In this document: positions 29,246-43,520 of the stretch, one piece after another | Position numbering within the stretch: position 1 is the stretch's first letter | How the letters are laid out: every line of letters starts with the position of its first letter | Source: the human T2T-CHM13v2.0 reference genome, Homo sapiens | Direction: 5' to 3' (one strand) | NCBI RefSeq assembly: GCF_009914755.1 | Contig: NC_060936.1 | Length of the DNA: 64,000 nucleotides | Made by a program: the position numbers and the translations under genes | Notes under the pieces: generated by a model | Databases searched by the model: none | Told to the model about the DNA's origin: nothing | Seen by the model: the letters and a program-made list of their open reading frames with translations, nothing else

Positions 29246-29274
29246 TTTTTTTTTTGAGAGGGAGTTTTACTCTT
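29246..29274 (-). mobile_element. Orphan 3' tip of an Alu (poly-A plus ~19 nt), probably belonging to the AluSp at 30129-30262
   Basis: T10-GAGAGGGAGTTTTACTCTT resembles the AluSp/Sq antisense end T(n)GAGACGGAGTTTCGCTCTT; directly abuts the L1 tail. Confidence 0.6.
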
Positions 29275-30094
29275 TTATTATTATTATTATTTCACTTTAA
29301 GTTCTAGGGTACCTGTGCACAACGTGCAGGTTTGTTACATATGTATACATGTACCATGTTGGTGTGCTGCACCTGTTAACTCATCATTTACATTAGGTAT
29401 ATCTCCTAATGCTATCCCTCCCCCCTCCTCCCACCCTGCTGACAGGCCCTGTGTGTAATGTTCCCCACCCTGTGTCCATGTGTTCTCATTGTTCAATTCC
29501 CACCTATAAGTGAGAACACGCAGTGTTTGGTTTTCTGTCCTTGCGACAGTTTGCTCAAAATGATGGTTTCCAGCTTTATCTATGTCCCTGCAAAGGACAT
29601 GAACTCATCCTTTTTTATGGCTGCATAGTATTCCATGGTGTATATGTGCCTCATTTTCTTAATCCAGTCTATCATTGATGGACATTTGGGTTGGTTCCAA
29701 GTTTTTGCTATTGTGAATAGTGCCACAATAAACATACCTGTGCATGTGTCTTTATAGCAGTATGATTTATAATCCCTTGGGTATATGCCCAGTAATGGGA
29801 TGGCTGGGTCAAATGGTATTTCTAGTTCTAGATCTTTGAGGAATCTCCACACTGACTTCCACAATGGTTGAACTAGTTTACAGTCCCACCAACAGTGTAA
29901 AAGCATTCCTATTTCTCCACATCCTCTCCAGCACCTGTTGTTTCCTGACTTTAATGATCGCCATTCTAACTGGTGTGAGATAGTATCTCATTGTGGTTTT
30001 GATTTGCATTTTTCTGATGGCCAGTGATGATGAGCATTTTTTCATGTGTCTGTTGGTTGCATAAATGTCTTCTTTTGAGAAGTGTCTTCATATC
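29275..30094 (-). mobile_element. 5'-truncated L1PA (about PA4-PA6), ORF2 end plus 3' UTR
   Basis: (TTA)n tail, AAGTTCTAGGGTAC..; ORF 29580-29906 is the L1 ORF2p C-terminus ([25 protein letters not shown]..). Confidence 0.95.
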
Positions 30095-30095
30095 T

Positions 30096-30262
30096 AGACC
30101 AGCCTGACCACTTCGAGAAACCCCGTCTCCACCATGCCCGGCTAATTTTGTATTTTTAGTGGAGACGGGTTTTCTCCATGTTGGTCAGGCTGGTCTCGAA
30201 CTCCCGGCCTCAGGTCATCCACCCGCCTTGGCCTCCTAAAGCTCTGGGATTACAGATGTGAG
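30096..30262 (-). mobile_element. AluSp left monomer (30129-30262) preceded by an inverted copy of its own segment (30096-30132)
   Basis: TTTCTCCATGTTGGTCAGGCTGGTCTC (Sp-type); 30096-30132 is the near reverse complement of 30159-30196. Confidence 0.88.
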
Positions 30263-30460
30263 TTTTTTTTTTTTTTTTAATATTACTAGGTATAAAGTAC
30301 AAATAAGAATTACTCATATAATCCCATTTGGTATTTATGTTTTGAAATCATTCCCACTTGTCATTTTATTCATTTAAAATTAAAAGTATTTTCTGTATTT
30401 TATAAGGCAGTTTCATGTTTTTGGAAATATTTTCAAACTTTTACTTATGAACTACTCTAA

Positions 30461-31032
30461 TGTGGCAATTCCTCAGGGATCTAGAACTAGAAATAACATT
30501 TGACCCAGCCATCCCATTACTGGGTATATACCCAAAAGACTATAAATCATGCTGCTATAAAGACACATGCACACGTATGTTTATTTGGCACTATTCACAA
30601 TAGCAAAGACTTGGAACCAACCCAAATGTCCAACAATGATAGACTGGATTAAGAAAATGTGGCACATATACACCATGGAATACCATGCAGCCATAAAAAA
30701 GGATGAGTTCATGTCCTTTGTAGGGACATGGATGAAATTGGAAATCATCATTCTCAGTAAACTATTGCAAGGACAAAAAACCAAACACCGCATGTTCTCA
30801 CTCATAGGTGGGAATTGAACAATGAGAACACATGGACACAAGAAGGGGAACATCACACTCTGGGGACTGTTGTGGGGTGGGGGGAGGGGGGAGGGATAGC
30901 ATTAGGAGATATACCTAATGCTAAATGATGAGTTAATGGGTGCAGCACACCAGCATGGCACATGTATAGGTATGTAACTAACCTGCACATTGTGCACATG
31001 TACCCTAAAACTTAAAGTATAATAATAATAAA
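30461..31032 (+). mobile_element. 5'-truncated L1PA (about PA2-PA3), ORF2 end plus 3' UTR
   Basis: CTCAGGGATCTAGAACTAGAAAT..; G-rich 3' UTR tract ~30874-30895; ends CTTAAAGTATAATAATAATAAA; ORF 30567-30818 contains ORF2p C-terminal residues. Confidence 0.95.
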
Positions 31033-31374
31033 GTGCATTTTCAAAAATAAGCATTCAAAAAAACAAAATAAAGGATATTTTTGTACATGAATTTTTTTAT
31101 TACGAATTATCTACTAAGATTTGTCTTCAGAACTTTCATTGTTAGGGGAATGATTGTAAATACGTTTAAAACTATTGAGACAAATTGTCAAGTTGTCATT
31201 AAAGATAAGCAGATTTCTCTCAAGCAGAATATGAGTGTTTTCCAGAGTGACTAATTTTAAAACTGATGTCATTCATTTCACTTTTTATATTATTCTATAT
31301 TCTAGACAAAAAAGTTAAGAAATGTTTATTTTTAAAAATATAATTGTTCCCTTTTTAAAAATTTTAATTAAAAT

Positions 31375-31610
31375 GTGCAGTGGTTAAGTTCACTGACTCT
31401 GGAATTAAGTATGAACATAGTCTTAGCTTCAATAAAATATGTGACCTTGAGCAAGTTACTAACTTCTCTTATGCTTAGATTCCCCATCTCCAAAATGTGG
31501 ATAAGACAATATTTGCATCAGAGTTTTATTTTGAACATTAAATAAGATATTATAATTAAAACATGCCATATAGCTTAGGCCCAGTGAGTGTTTAATGAAT
31601 ATTTTCTGTT
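31375..31610 (+). mobile_element. MIR
   Basis: GTGACCTTGAGCAAGTTACTAACTTCTCT..TTCCCCATCTCCAAAATG. Confidence 0.7.
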
Positions 31611-33138
31611 ATTATATAACAGTCCTTGGCAGACTCAGTCATGAATGTGAGTCATAATATTCAAAAGATAAATTATATTGAGCTGAGATTTCAGGGCTAA
31701 AAAATTAGTGAATCAGGGATATTCTCTATTTACCTTCATTTCACATCAGTTTAGAACAAATTATTCAGGGTTGATATTATTGAAAATATATACCCAAGTT
31801 TTAAACTGAGTCCCTTTTGATGAAGTTGTTGACTCTCAGTTTTCATCTTCATTCATCTTTCTACGTAATATATTCTTTCCTAGTTTCCCTTTGGTAAGAA
31901 ATATCATTGTAATCCAAAATAATCCTTCCAGTATGCAAAATGTAATTTTAGATATATCAGTTGCATATTATATTAACTTTAGTAGTTTTGATAAATGGAT
32001 AGAGGAGTTGCAAACATCTTTGAATAAATATGGCTTGAGAGCAAAGAACCTATTAAAATCACTTTTACATGGAAAACAAAAATTCTTCGTCAAATCATAG
32101 CTATAAGAAATACATGTAGTTCACTCATTCATTGAATAAATGTTTATGAGGACTCCACTGTAACACTGTTTTGCACTAGATATATACAACAAAAATCTCA
32201 TAGGATATCCTCAAATGCCTTAGAATTTTGAAAGCTATTGTAATTTCACAATTATCTAACACAGCATTTTATAATACATTGGTCTAAGGTATTTAATATT
32301 TGTCTAAAATAATATTGGGTGGTTTAAATACAAATATAACCAAGGAAGGCATGGTCAGTTCTGGATAGTATACTGAAAATTTCGTAATGCTTCACAGAAG
32401 AGGTGGCAATTGAAGATTTAGGATGACCTTTGATCTAGAAGGAGACAAGTAATATCACATGAATGTTATAAAGATATCTCCATTCAGCATTATCTGATAC
32501 TTGATCTCAAGCACTTTAGCCGTAGCTAGTATTTCAGGATGATTTTCAAAGAGACTCAAAATAAAGTGACTGCAACAGATGAATGTAGAAGAAGGAGGAA
32601 AACATTTTAAAAAATCAGCATGAAAAAGATAAAATGATAGTATCTTTGTTAAATTTAAGTTTAAAAAGGAATTCCTTACCATTATGAAAATCTATTCTGA
32701 ATTTAAATTTAAAAACATGCTCAGATTTTAAATCTCCAGATAGTGGATATACAAATTGTGGCTATACCTAGTTAGAGTGATCTGCAAAAATAGAAAGACC
32801 ATTTAAAAATGTTCCCTTTGCCAACCAGTTTTATTTTTTATGTGATCCAGTTTTAACCATATTTGAATTATATCACTGAGATAGCACTATAAGAAAGTAA
32901 AAAGCTGTCACTCTGGAGAACATAAGTGTCTCTAGTTATACACTGCTATGCCGGAACTCACTGATGTGAAAATACGAATGTCTCTCCTTTAGGCCTCATT
33001 GAACTGAAAATATTTTGGGGTTTCTTAGTGTTGGATACATGCTTAGAATATTACATGGTATGCATTTTTGGTAATTATTAGCAATGTCGTGATTCTTTTT
33101 ATATTGTATTATTAGTCAATAGTGATTTGTGAAAACTA

Positions 33139-33441
<303 letters not shown>

Positions 33442-33451
33442 CTAAGAGAGG

Positions 33452-33469
33452 TATATATATGTGTGTGTG

Positions 33470-33521
<52 letters not shown>

Positions 33522-33558
33522 TACACACACACAAATACATATGTATATAGATATATAT
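33452..33558. repeat. Compound (TG)n-(TA)22-(CA)n microsatellite
   Basis: Pure TA run 33474-33518 with TG and CA flanks. Confidence 0.95.
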
Positions 33559-34470
33559 TCTGAAATAGAAACTATGAGACTTTTTTATAATTTTTAAAAT
33601 AGAAAGTATATGTGAAGCTTCTTTAAACACACTAGTGTGCTATACTATTTCTCCTTATACATGTCATAACTCAGGAGGAAAAAGGAAAGGAAAACTGTTG
33701 CAATCCTTTTTTTATTAAAATATACCATTCTTCAAAATACCATTTGCCTCAGATATTACCAGGTAATATTTATTTTTCCAAAAAATTGAGCAAATTTAAC
33801 CAACTCTTGCCTGAACAAATTGATTATGTAACATACCTAAAAAGTGGCAAAAAAAGAAAAGGAAAACAAAGAAAAAACTCAAATGGTTTATAGTTAGTAA
33901 CTAACAGAGCTAACATCAGTGATCCTATCTATGAATATAGTTAGAATCAACATTTTATTCAACATTTTGTTTACATAGAATCAGTCACCTTTATTCATAT
34001 TTGATTGCCTAACTTTACAGCTAAGTTTCTACATTGCTTTTTATATTTGAAAATTGTAGAGAAAACTTTACTTGATAAACTTCAAGGAGTAGATAGTTTT
34101 GCCACATATCTTCTTTATATTAAATGAAATGCCAATTTTTTGCATGTTTGATTTATATTATTGATCAGCAAACTGGGAATTTAAATGCTTACCTTCTGCA
34201 ATTTTCTTTTTTGAATACAAACCAATGTCCCAGCTCAAAGTCCAGTATCTTCAAGTGAGGCATAGATCTCTATATCAAGTCTGGAAACCTATGCGTTAAC
34301 AAGTTGGTTGTCCCTTATACAACCAAGTCTAAGTAGTGGGGCATGGAATAATACCTGCCATTACAAATAGCGATAAATGGAAGCCACAAGGGTCATTGTG
34401 AAGAATTCCTGGAGAGCAAAGTTTATTAATTAGATTTTGGTTTTGCTTTTTAAGACTAGCTTCCTGGTTA

Positions 34471-36417
34471 GTTTTTCTTTTCTTTTTTTAAATTTCAACT
34501 TTTTTTTAGATTCAGAGGGTACATGTGCAGTTTTGTTAAATGAGTATGTTGTGTGATGCTGAGGTTTGGTATAGAAATGATCCCATCAGCCAGATAATGA
34601 TCATAGTACTCAACAGTAAGTTTTTTAACCCTTGCCCTTCGTCCCTCCCTTACCCCTCTAATAGTCCCAAGTATCCATTATTGCCATTTTTATGTCCATG
34701 AGTACCTATTGTTTAGCTCCCACTTATAAGTAAGAAAATGCGGTATTTCCTTTTCTGTTCCTGCATTAATTCACTTAAAATAATGGCCTCCAGCTGCTTC
34801 CATGTTGCTGGAAAGGACATGACTTTATTTTTTATGGCTGCATAGTATTCCATGGTGTATATGTACTATATTTTTATCTAACCCACTGCTGATGTGCACC
34901 TACATTGATTCTATGTCTTTGCTATTGTGAATAGTGCTGCAACAAACATAAAGAGTGCAGGTGTCTTTTTGGTAGAACAATTTATTTTCTTTTGGATATA
35001 TACCTAGTAATGAGATTGCTGGGTCAAATGGTAGTTCTGGATTATTTGAAAATCTCTACAGGCTGCTTTCCACAAGGACCAAACTAATTTATATTCCCTT
35101 CATCAGTGTAAAAGTGTTCCCTTTCTCCACAGCTTCATGAGCATCTACTATTTTTTGACTTTTTAATAATAGCCATTCTGACATGTGAGATAGTATCTCA
35201 TTGTGGTTTTGACTTGCATTTCTCTGATGATTAGTGATGTGGGTCATTTTTCATGTTTCTTGGCTACTTGTATGCCTTCTTTTGAGAAATATCTGTTTAT
35301 GTCCTTTGCCCACTTTGTAATGAGGTTATTTGGTTTTTGCTTAACTATTTAAGTTTCGGATAGATTCTGGATATTAGATCTTTGTCAGATGCATAGTTTG
35401 CAGATATTTCCTTCCATTCTTTAGTTTGTCTGTCTACTCCGTTGATAATCTCTTTTGCTGTGCAGAAACTCTTTAGTTTAATAAGGTTTCACTTGTCAAT
35501 TTCTATTTTTGTTGCAATTGATTTTTAGGAGTTAGTCATAAATTCTTACCCAAGGCTGATGTCCACAATGGTGTTTTCATTATGGTAGATTTTCTAGAAA
35601 ATCCTATATTTTCTTTTAGGGTTCTTAGAGTTTGAGTTCTTACATTTAAATTTTTAATCCATCTTGACTTAATTTGTTTGTATAGTGAAAAGCAGAGCTT
35701 TAGTTTCATTCTTCTAGCATATAGCTAGCCAGCTATTTCAGCACTATTTATTGAATAGGGAATCCTTTCCCCATTGCTTATTTTTGTCAACTTTGTTAAA
35801 GATCAGATGGCTGTAGGTGTGCGACTTTATTTCTGTGATCTCTATTCTGTTCCATTGGTCTGTGTATCTGTTTTTGTACCATTACCATGGTGTTTTGGCT
35901 TACTTACTTAGATTTGGTCTTATAGTATAGTTTGAAGTTGGGTAATGTGATGCCTCTGGTTTTGTTCTTTTTGCTTAGGATTTGTTTGTCTATTTGGGCT
36001 CCTTTTTGGTTTTATATGAATTTTAGAATAGTTTTTTTTCTAATTCTGTGAAAAATGATGTTGGTAGTTTTATAGGAATAGAATTGAATCTGTAGATTGC
36101 TTTGGACAACATGGCCATTTTAATGATATCGATTCTTCCAATGCATGAACATGGAATGTTTTTCCATTTGTTTGTATCATCTATGACTTATTTCAGCAGT
36201 GTTTTATAGTTCTCCTTGTAGAGATCTTTCACCTTATTGGCTAGAGGTATTTTAATTTTTGTGTGTGGCTATTGTAAATGAGGTTGCATTCTTGATTTGG
36301 CTCTCAGGTTGAATGTTATTGGTGTATAGAAATACTACCAAGTTGTTCATAATTTTGTTTTCTAAAACTTTACTGAAGTTGTTTATTAGTTCCAGGAGTC
36401 TTTTGGCAGAGTCTTTA
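34471..36417 (-). mobile_element. L1PA15/16-like 3' ~1.9 kb
   Basis: GGGTACATGTGCAG..GTGTGATGCTGAGGTTTGG..GATCCCATC 3' UTR and continuous antisense ORF2 sequence up to GCAGAGTCTTTA. Confidence 0.9.
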
Positions 36418-37690
36418 AGTTGAAGCTAATGCTCATTTACCATTTTGAAAATTCTAGGACTCTTCAGAATTATGCTAAATTTACTTTTCCTGTGCTTTAT
36501 ATATGAAATAACAAAGCTTGGATGACAACACATCTATTTACAGAATGGTTTGCTGAATATTTTAAGCCTACTGTTGAGACCTACTGCTCAGGGAAAACCA
36601 TTTCTTTCACAATTACTGACAATGCACCTAGTCATCCAAGAGCTCTGATACAGTTGTACCAGGAGATTAATGTTGTTTTCATGCTTGCTAACACAACATC
36701 CATTCTACAACCTGTAGATCAAGGAATAATTTTGACTTTTAAGTCTTATTATTTTAAAAATACATTTTATAAGTCTATAGCTACCACAGATAATGATTCG
36801 TTTGATGGATCTGAGCAAAGTCAATTGAAAACCTTCTGGAGAAGATTCATCATTCCAGATGTCTTTAAGAACATTTATGATTTATGGGAGGAGGTCAAAT
36901 TATCAACATAAACAGGAGTTTGGAAGTAGTTGATTCCAACTGTCTGGGATGACTTTGATAGGTTTAAAACTTCAGTGGAAAAAGTCACTACATATGTGGT
37001 AGAAATAGCAAGAGAAATAGAATCAGAAGCATAGACTGAGTATGTTGCTCAATTGCTACAATCTCAGGATAAAACTTTGTAACAAATGTGGAATTGCTTC
37101 TTGTGGATGAGCAAAGAAAGTGGCTTCTTGAAATGTCATCGACTACTGGTGAAGATACTGTGAGCTTTGTTAAAATGACAACTAAGGATTAAAACATTAT
37201 ATAAACTTACTTGCTATTACATAAAACTTGCTTGATTAAGTATGGTTTGAGAGGATTAACTCCAATTTTGAAAGCAGTTCTACTGTGGGTAAAATGTGAT
37301 CAAACAACGTCTTATGCTACAAAGACGTCTTCCATGAAAGAGTCAATCAATGCAGCAAACGTGATTGTTGCCTTATTTTAAGAAATTGTCACAGGCATAC
37401 CAACCTTCAGCAATCACCACTATTATTCAGCAAGACACTGTACCACAAAAAGATTATGGATTACTAAACGCTTAGATGATTGTCAGCTTTTTTCTTAGCA
37501 ATAAAGCACTTTTAATTAATGTGTATACATTCTTTCTTTAGATATAAGGTTATTGCACACTAACTAGGCTATGGTACAACGTAAATGTAATTTTTATATA
37601 CACTGGAAAACCAAAAAAATTTGTGACTTTCTTTCTTATAATACTTGCTTTATTGCGGTATTCTGAAACTGAACCTACCATATCTCTGTA
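36413..37690 (+). mobile_element. Tigger1 (TcMar-pogo DNA transposon), 3' half only
   Basis: ORF 36522-36911 encodes a DDE_1 transposase fragment (WMT..LF.EWF; DNAPSH; [19 protein letters not shown]); degraded right end TTTATTGCGGT..GAACC..ATATCTC. Confidence 0.92.
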
Positions 37691-37859
37691 CATGGTAACA
37701 AATTTTGAGGTAATTGGGTACATGAAGTCTGGTTGTGTTCTTAGGATTAAAATAAAATTTATTTGGTGAAGAACAAGTTGAATTCTTTATAGATACTAAT
37801 TGAATATCCTATCAGAGCTTCATGAGAGTGCTGGCCCCCACACATCCTTCTGAAGGACC

Positions 37860-40200
<2,341 letters not shown>

Positions 40201-42449
40201 ATTAAACATGTGATTCTTGAGAAAATTATTATTGTTAGCATTGTATATTAAATAATAACAACAATGACTCTTATTAAGATTCCAGAATTTTCTTCTTGTA
40301 TCAGTGGTTCTCTTACTGAAGAGAAATTTCTAATTCTTTCAATATTGTTGAACTATATGTGATCATTTTAACAAAATATAAAATATTCTTAAACTAATAT
40401 AATTCTTATTTTGTCACTTTATTTTGCACTCACATTTTGGAATAATATTAATATACTTGTTCTGAATTAACTAGCACTTTTCTGCTGTTATTTTGTATTT
40501 TCATTGATGCTTCAACTTTAGAAAATTACTTCTTACAAGTGTTAATGAGGGGTAAATTTTCAGACAGTAAGCATGAACTTAACTATGAGACTGTTATTAA
40601 AATTAATGAGTGTCACTATTAGAACATGGTAAATCTATACCATTAATGTCTTCTAATTGTTAATCATCATTAAGGAGTTAGAACATCATTATCATTACTT
40701 TTTCTACGTTTTATTTGAACATTATCACCATTAAAGAAAATCAAGGGAAAGTTACAGTCATATTTCTGAGCTGCAGATCCAAGAGTAATTAAATATTTCT
40801 AGATGAATAGTGTATTTTGAATTTTGTGACACTGGAAGTTGCAACTAAAATTGAGAAATTTGATAAGTAGGTAGCTATTAGAAGCAACTATCTTCCCTAT
40901 AATACCTCTGTCCCTGGATGTTTTATAAACTATAAGTTAATGTCCCAAAGGACAAAAAGTATCAGTTATTATAATATATAGGTGTTAGATGATTTCAAAA
41001 CGCTTTCAGAGTATTTTAATTCTAAGTATTAAAAATTTCCTTAAATAATTCTGAAACTCTTTGTAGGTTCAAATTTTAAAATAAGCTGTTAGCATTATTT
41101 CTATGTCACCATTTACATTATACTCCTTGCGACTCAATGTATTTTTTTAGCTTTGCCCTTTATTTCTTTCAGTTACTATTTAGCACCCTTATGAGGGAGA
41201 GCAAAGTACCAAAAATCTAATATTCCTGCTTCCTGAAAGATGGTTTCAAGTGGACACAACTGTATTTTAGAGGATACTAAAGTGTTTTCTATACAAAGAA
41301 TTGTGTATTTGAAGTCCTTTTTCTATCTCACTGGTAATGAAACATATTTTTTCTTTCCACACTTCATCTGCAATAGCATTGAGGGATTTTAACTCTAATT
41401 TGGAATACAGCATAATATTCTGAGAGGCAGGAAAAGATCACTTTAAATCATAAAGAATTAGATTAGATATTTCATTTCTCTGTAAGTAAAAATGAATATT
41501 TTACTAAGATGAGAGAAGGTGAAAATGCATGACACACATAGAAGGTGTGTCCTTCTCTATCCATTTTCTATTATTAATTATTGCTTGAAATAGTTTCTTT
41601 GACGAGCTCTAATATCTTTTTGCAGCTGTAATTCAATGTAAGAAATATGGATGACTGTTTATTATTGTTACTAAATGAAAAAAGCCTTTTTTCCTTGGAT
41701 ACAATAGATAAATGTTTAAAGACAAACAAAATGTCCTTCTTATGTTGTACAATCTACATGAGACAGATGATAGGATATTTCTCTAACTGATGGCTGAGTA
41801 AATCACTTCATTTTCATTGTTTCCACAGTGTTGACCAACATGCTGCCAGTCTGACTTCCCACTTCTGATTTAAACACATGATTCAGAATGACTTTGGAGG
41901 GTTGTGATACTCACGAATTTATGGGGCACTTGTATGTGGGATTCTCATCACTGTACAGCAACCCTGTCATTTTTGTGACAGAGACTGTTTGACTGGTTTC
42001 GGATTTATGATGGAAATAACTCAGAACAGAGTAATAATTTTCCCTTGGCAATTACACTACCATTTGGTACTTTGTCCCTAAGGGGAAAATGAATGTGCTG
42101 GGATCTGTACATGAGTTTATTAGCTCAATGTAGGGAACAAATCAAGGTCAGAATATAGATGCGTGGCACGTGATGCTGAATTCTAGTTCTGGTTCTTCAG
42201 TCTTAAGGCTGCCACCTTTGTGTGGCACTTTACAGTTTACGAAATACTCTTCCATTTCTTGTCTTTTAACTCACGATGACGCTGGAAAGGAAATACTGTT
42301 TCCCCCATTTTATAAAGGAAGAAACTGAGACTAAAATGGTCACCTTTCTTGAAGTTTGTTATTCAGCAAATATTCTTAAGCATATGCCATAGGAAGGCTT
42401 TATGATACATACTGGGGATACAGAGATAAATAAGATTTAGACCCTACTT

Positions 42450-43520
42450 TGTTTTTTAACTATTTATTGTGAAGAATTTCAAATATGCACACACACTGGA
42501 AAAAGAGTGTAATGAAACTGCTGTATCAGTCATTTTGCATCAACAATTGTTTACTCATGGTCAGTCTTATTTCATCCATGTCCCCATCCAACCTTTTATA
42601 CTATTTTGAAGCAAATTCCACACTTCAAATTAATTTATTTAAATAATTTCACTGTGTATCTCTAATAATAATTATTATTAAACATGACCATCTAAAAATT
42701 AACATCCCTTTAATAATATCAACTATCCAGGAAGCGTTCAAATTTCCAATGGTTTCATAAATGCCATATTCTTTTCACAGTTTGCTTAAATTAGGATCTA
42801 AATGATTTTACTGCTCAGTGAGTAGTTAATATCTTTTCAAGTCTTTTAAAACTATTTATTTTTCATTTTAATTAAAAAAAATTTCCTTCCCAACAATTTA
42901 GTGAGGAAGGTTGTTTGTCCTACTCAACTTTCCACAGTCTGGATTTTGCTAATTGCATCCGCACTGTGCACTTTTATGTGTTCCTCTGTCCCCTCTTTTC
43001 CCTGTAAATCGGTAACTGAATCTAGAGGCTTGATCCAGTACAGGTTTAAATTTTTGGCAAGATTACTTCAGAGTTGATTCTGTATGCACACATAGCATAA
43101 ATAATTGTATCTCTTTTTATGATATTCACAACTGTTGCTGTTCAATGTCTGAATCTTTAATTCACTGGATGTTGCAAAATGCTGTTTCCTTCATTGATTT
43201 TTTTTATGTGAAAATGGAATAGTTTTTCAAAGAGAAACTTGCTGTTGTTTACTATTTGGCAACCAGTGATACAGTTTTTTTTAAAAAGTCAGAATAAATC
43301 CTTGATGGTTTTCTTTATTTTTCAGTTTCAAAACTAATGAGCCAGTTCTCTAGCATGCTCCATAGTGACCAATTATTTTGTTTGGTTTTGTCTTTAAGTA
43401 TCATTTTGACCTTATGAATTTAAGTCTATCAGATAGGTTTCAAGTCATAGCAGTTTTTATTCTTAATGACACTCAAAAATGGTCTAACTTTGGCCAGGAG
43501 GTTCTTTAAGTTGGTTTTAG
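42450..43520 (-). mobile_element. Ancient L1MC/ME-like 3' region
   Basis: TTTGAAGCAAATTCCA..TAAATAATTTCA..TGTATCTCTAA and TTCCACAGTCTGGATTTTGCT motifs; bounds approximate. Confidence 0.55.

Noticed and set aside
29580-30856. ORFs 29580-29906, 30567-30818 and 30581-30856 as genes
   Set aside because: They are L1 ORF2p C-terminal fragments or antisense frames of 5'-truncated L1s.
30874-30895. G-quadruplex motif as a locus-specific element
   Set aside because: It is the standard G-rich tract of the L1PA 3' UTR.
29275-31032. A single twin-primed (5'-inverted) L1
   Set aside because: Both pieces have their own 3' UTR and tail, overlap in L1 coordinates, differ in sequence, and are separated by non-L1 DNA.
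36522-36911. 129-aa DDE ORF as a domesticated transposase gene
   Set aside because: It is flanked by stops, has a deletion before DNAPSH, and lacks the N-terminal DNA-binding half: an ordinary decayed Tigger1.
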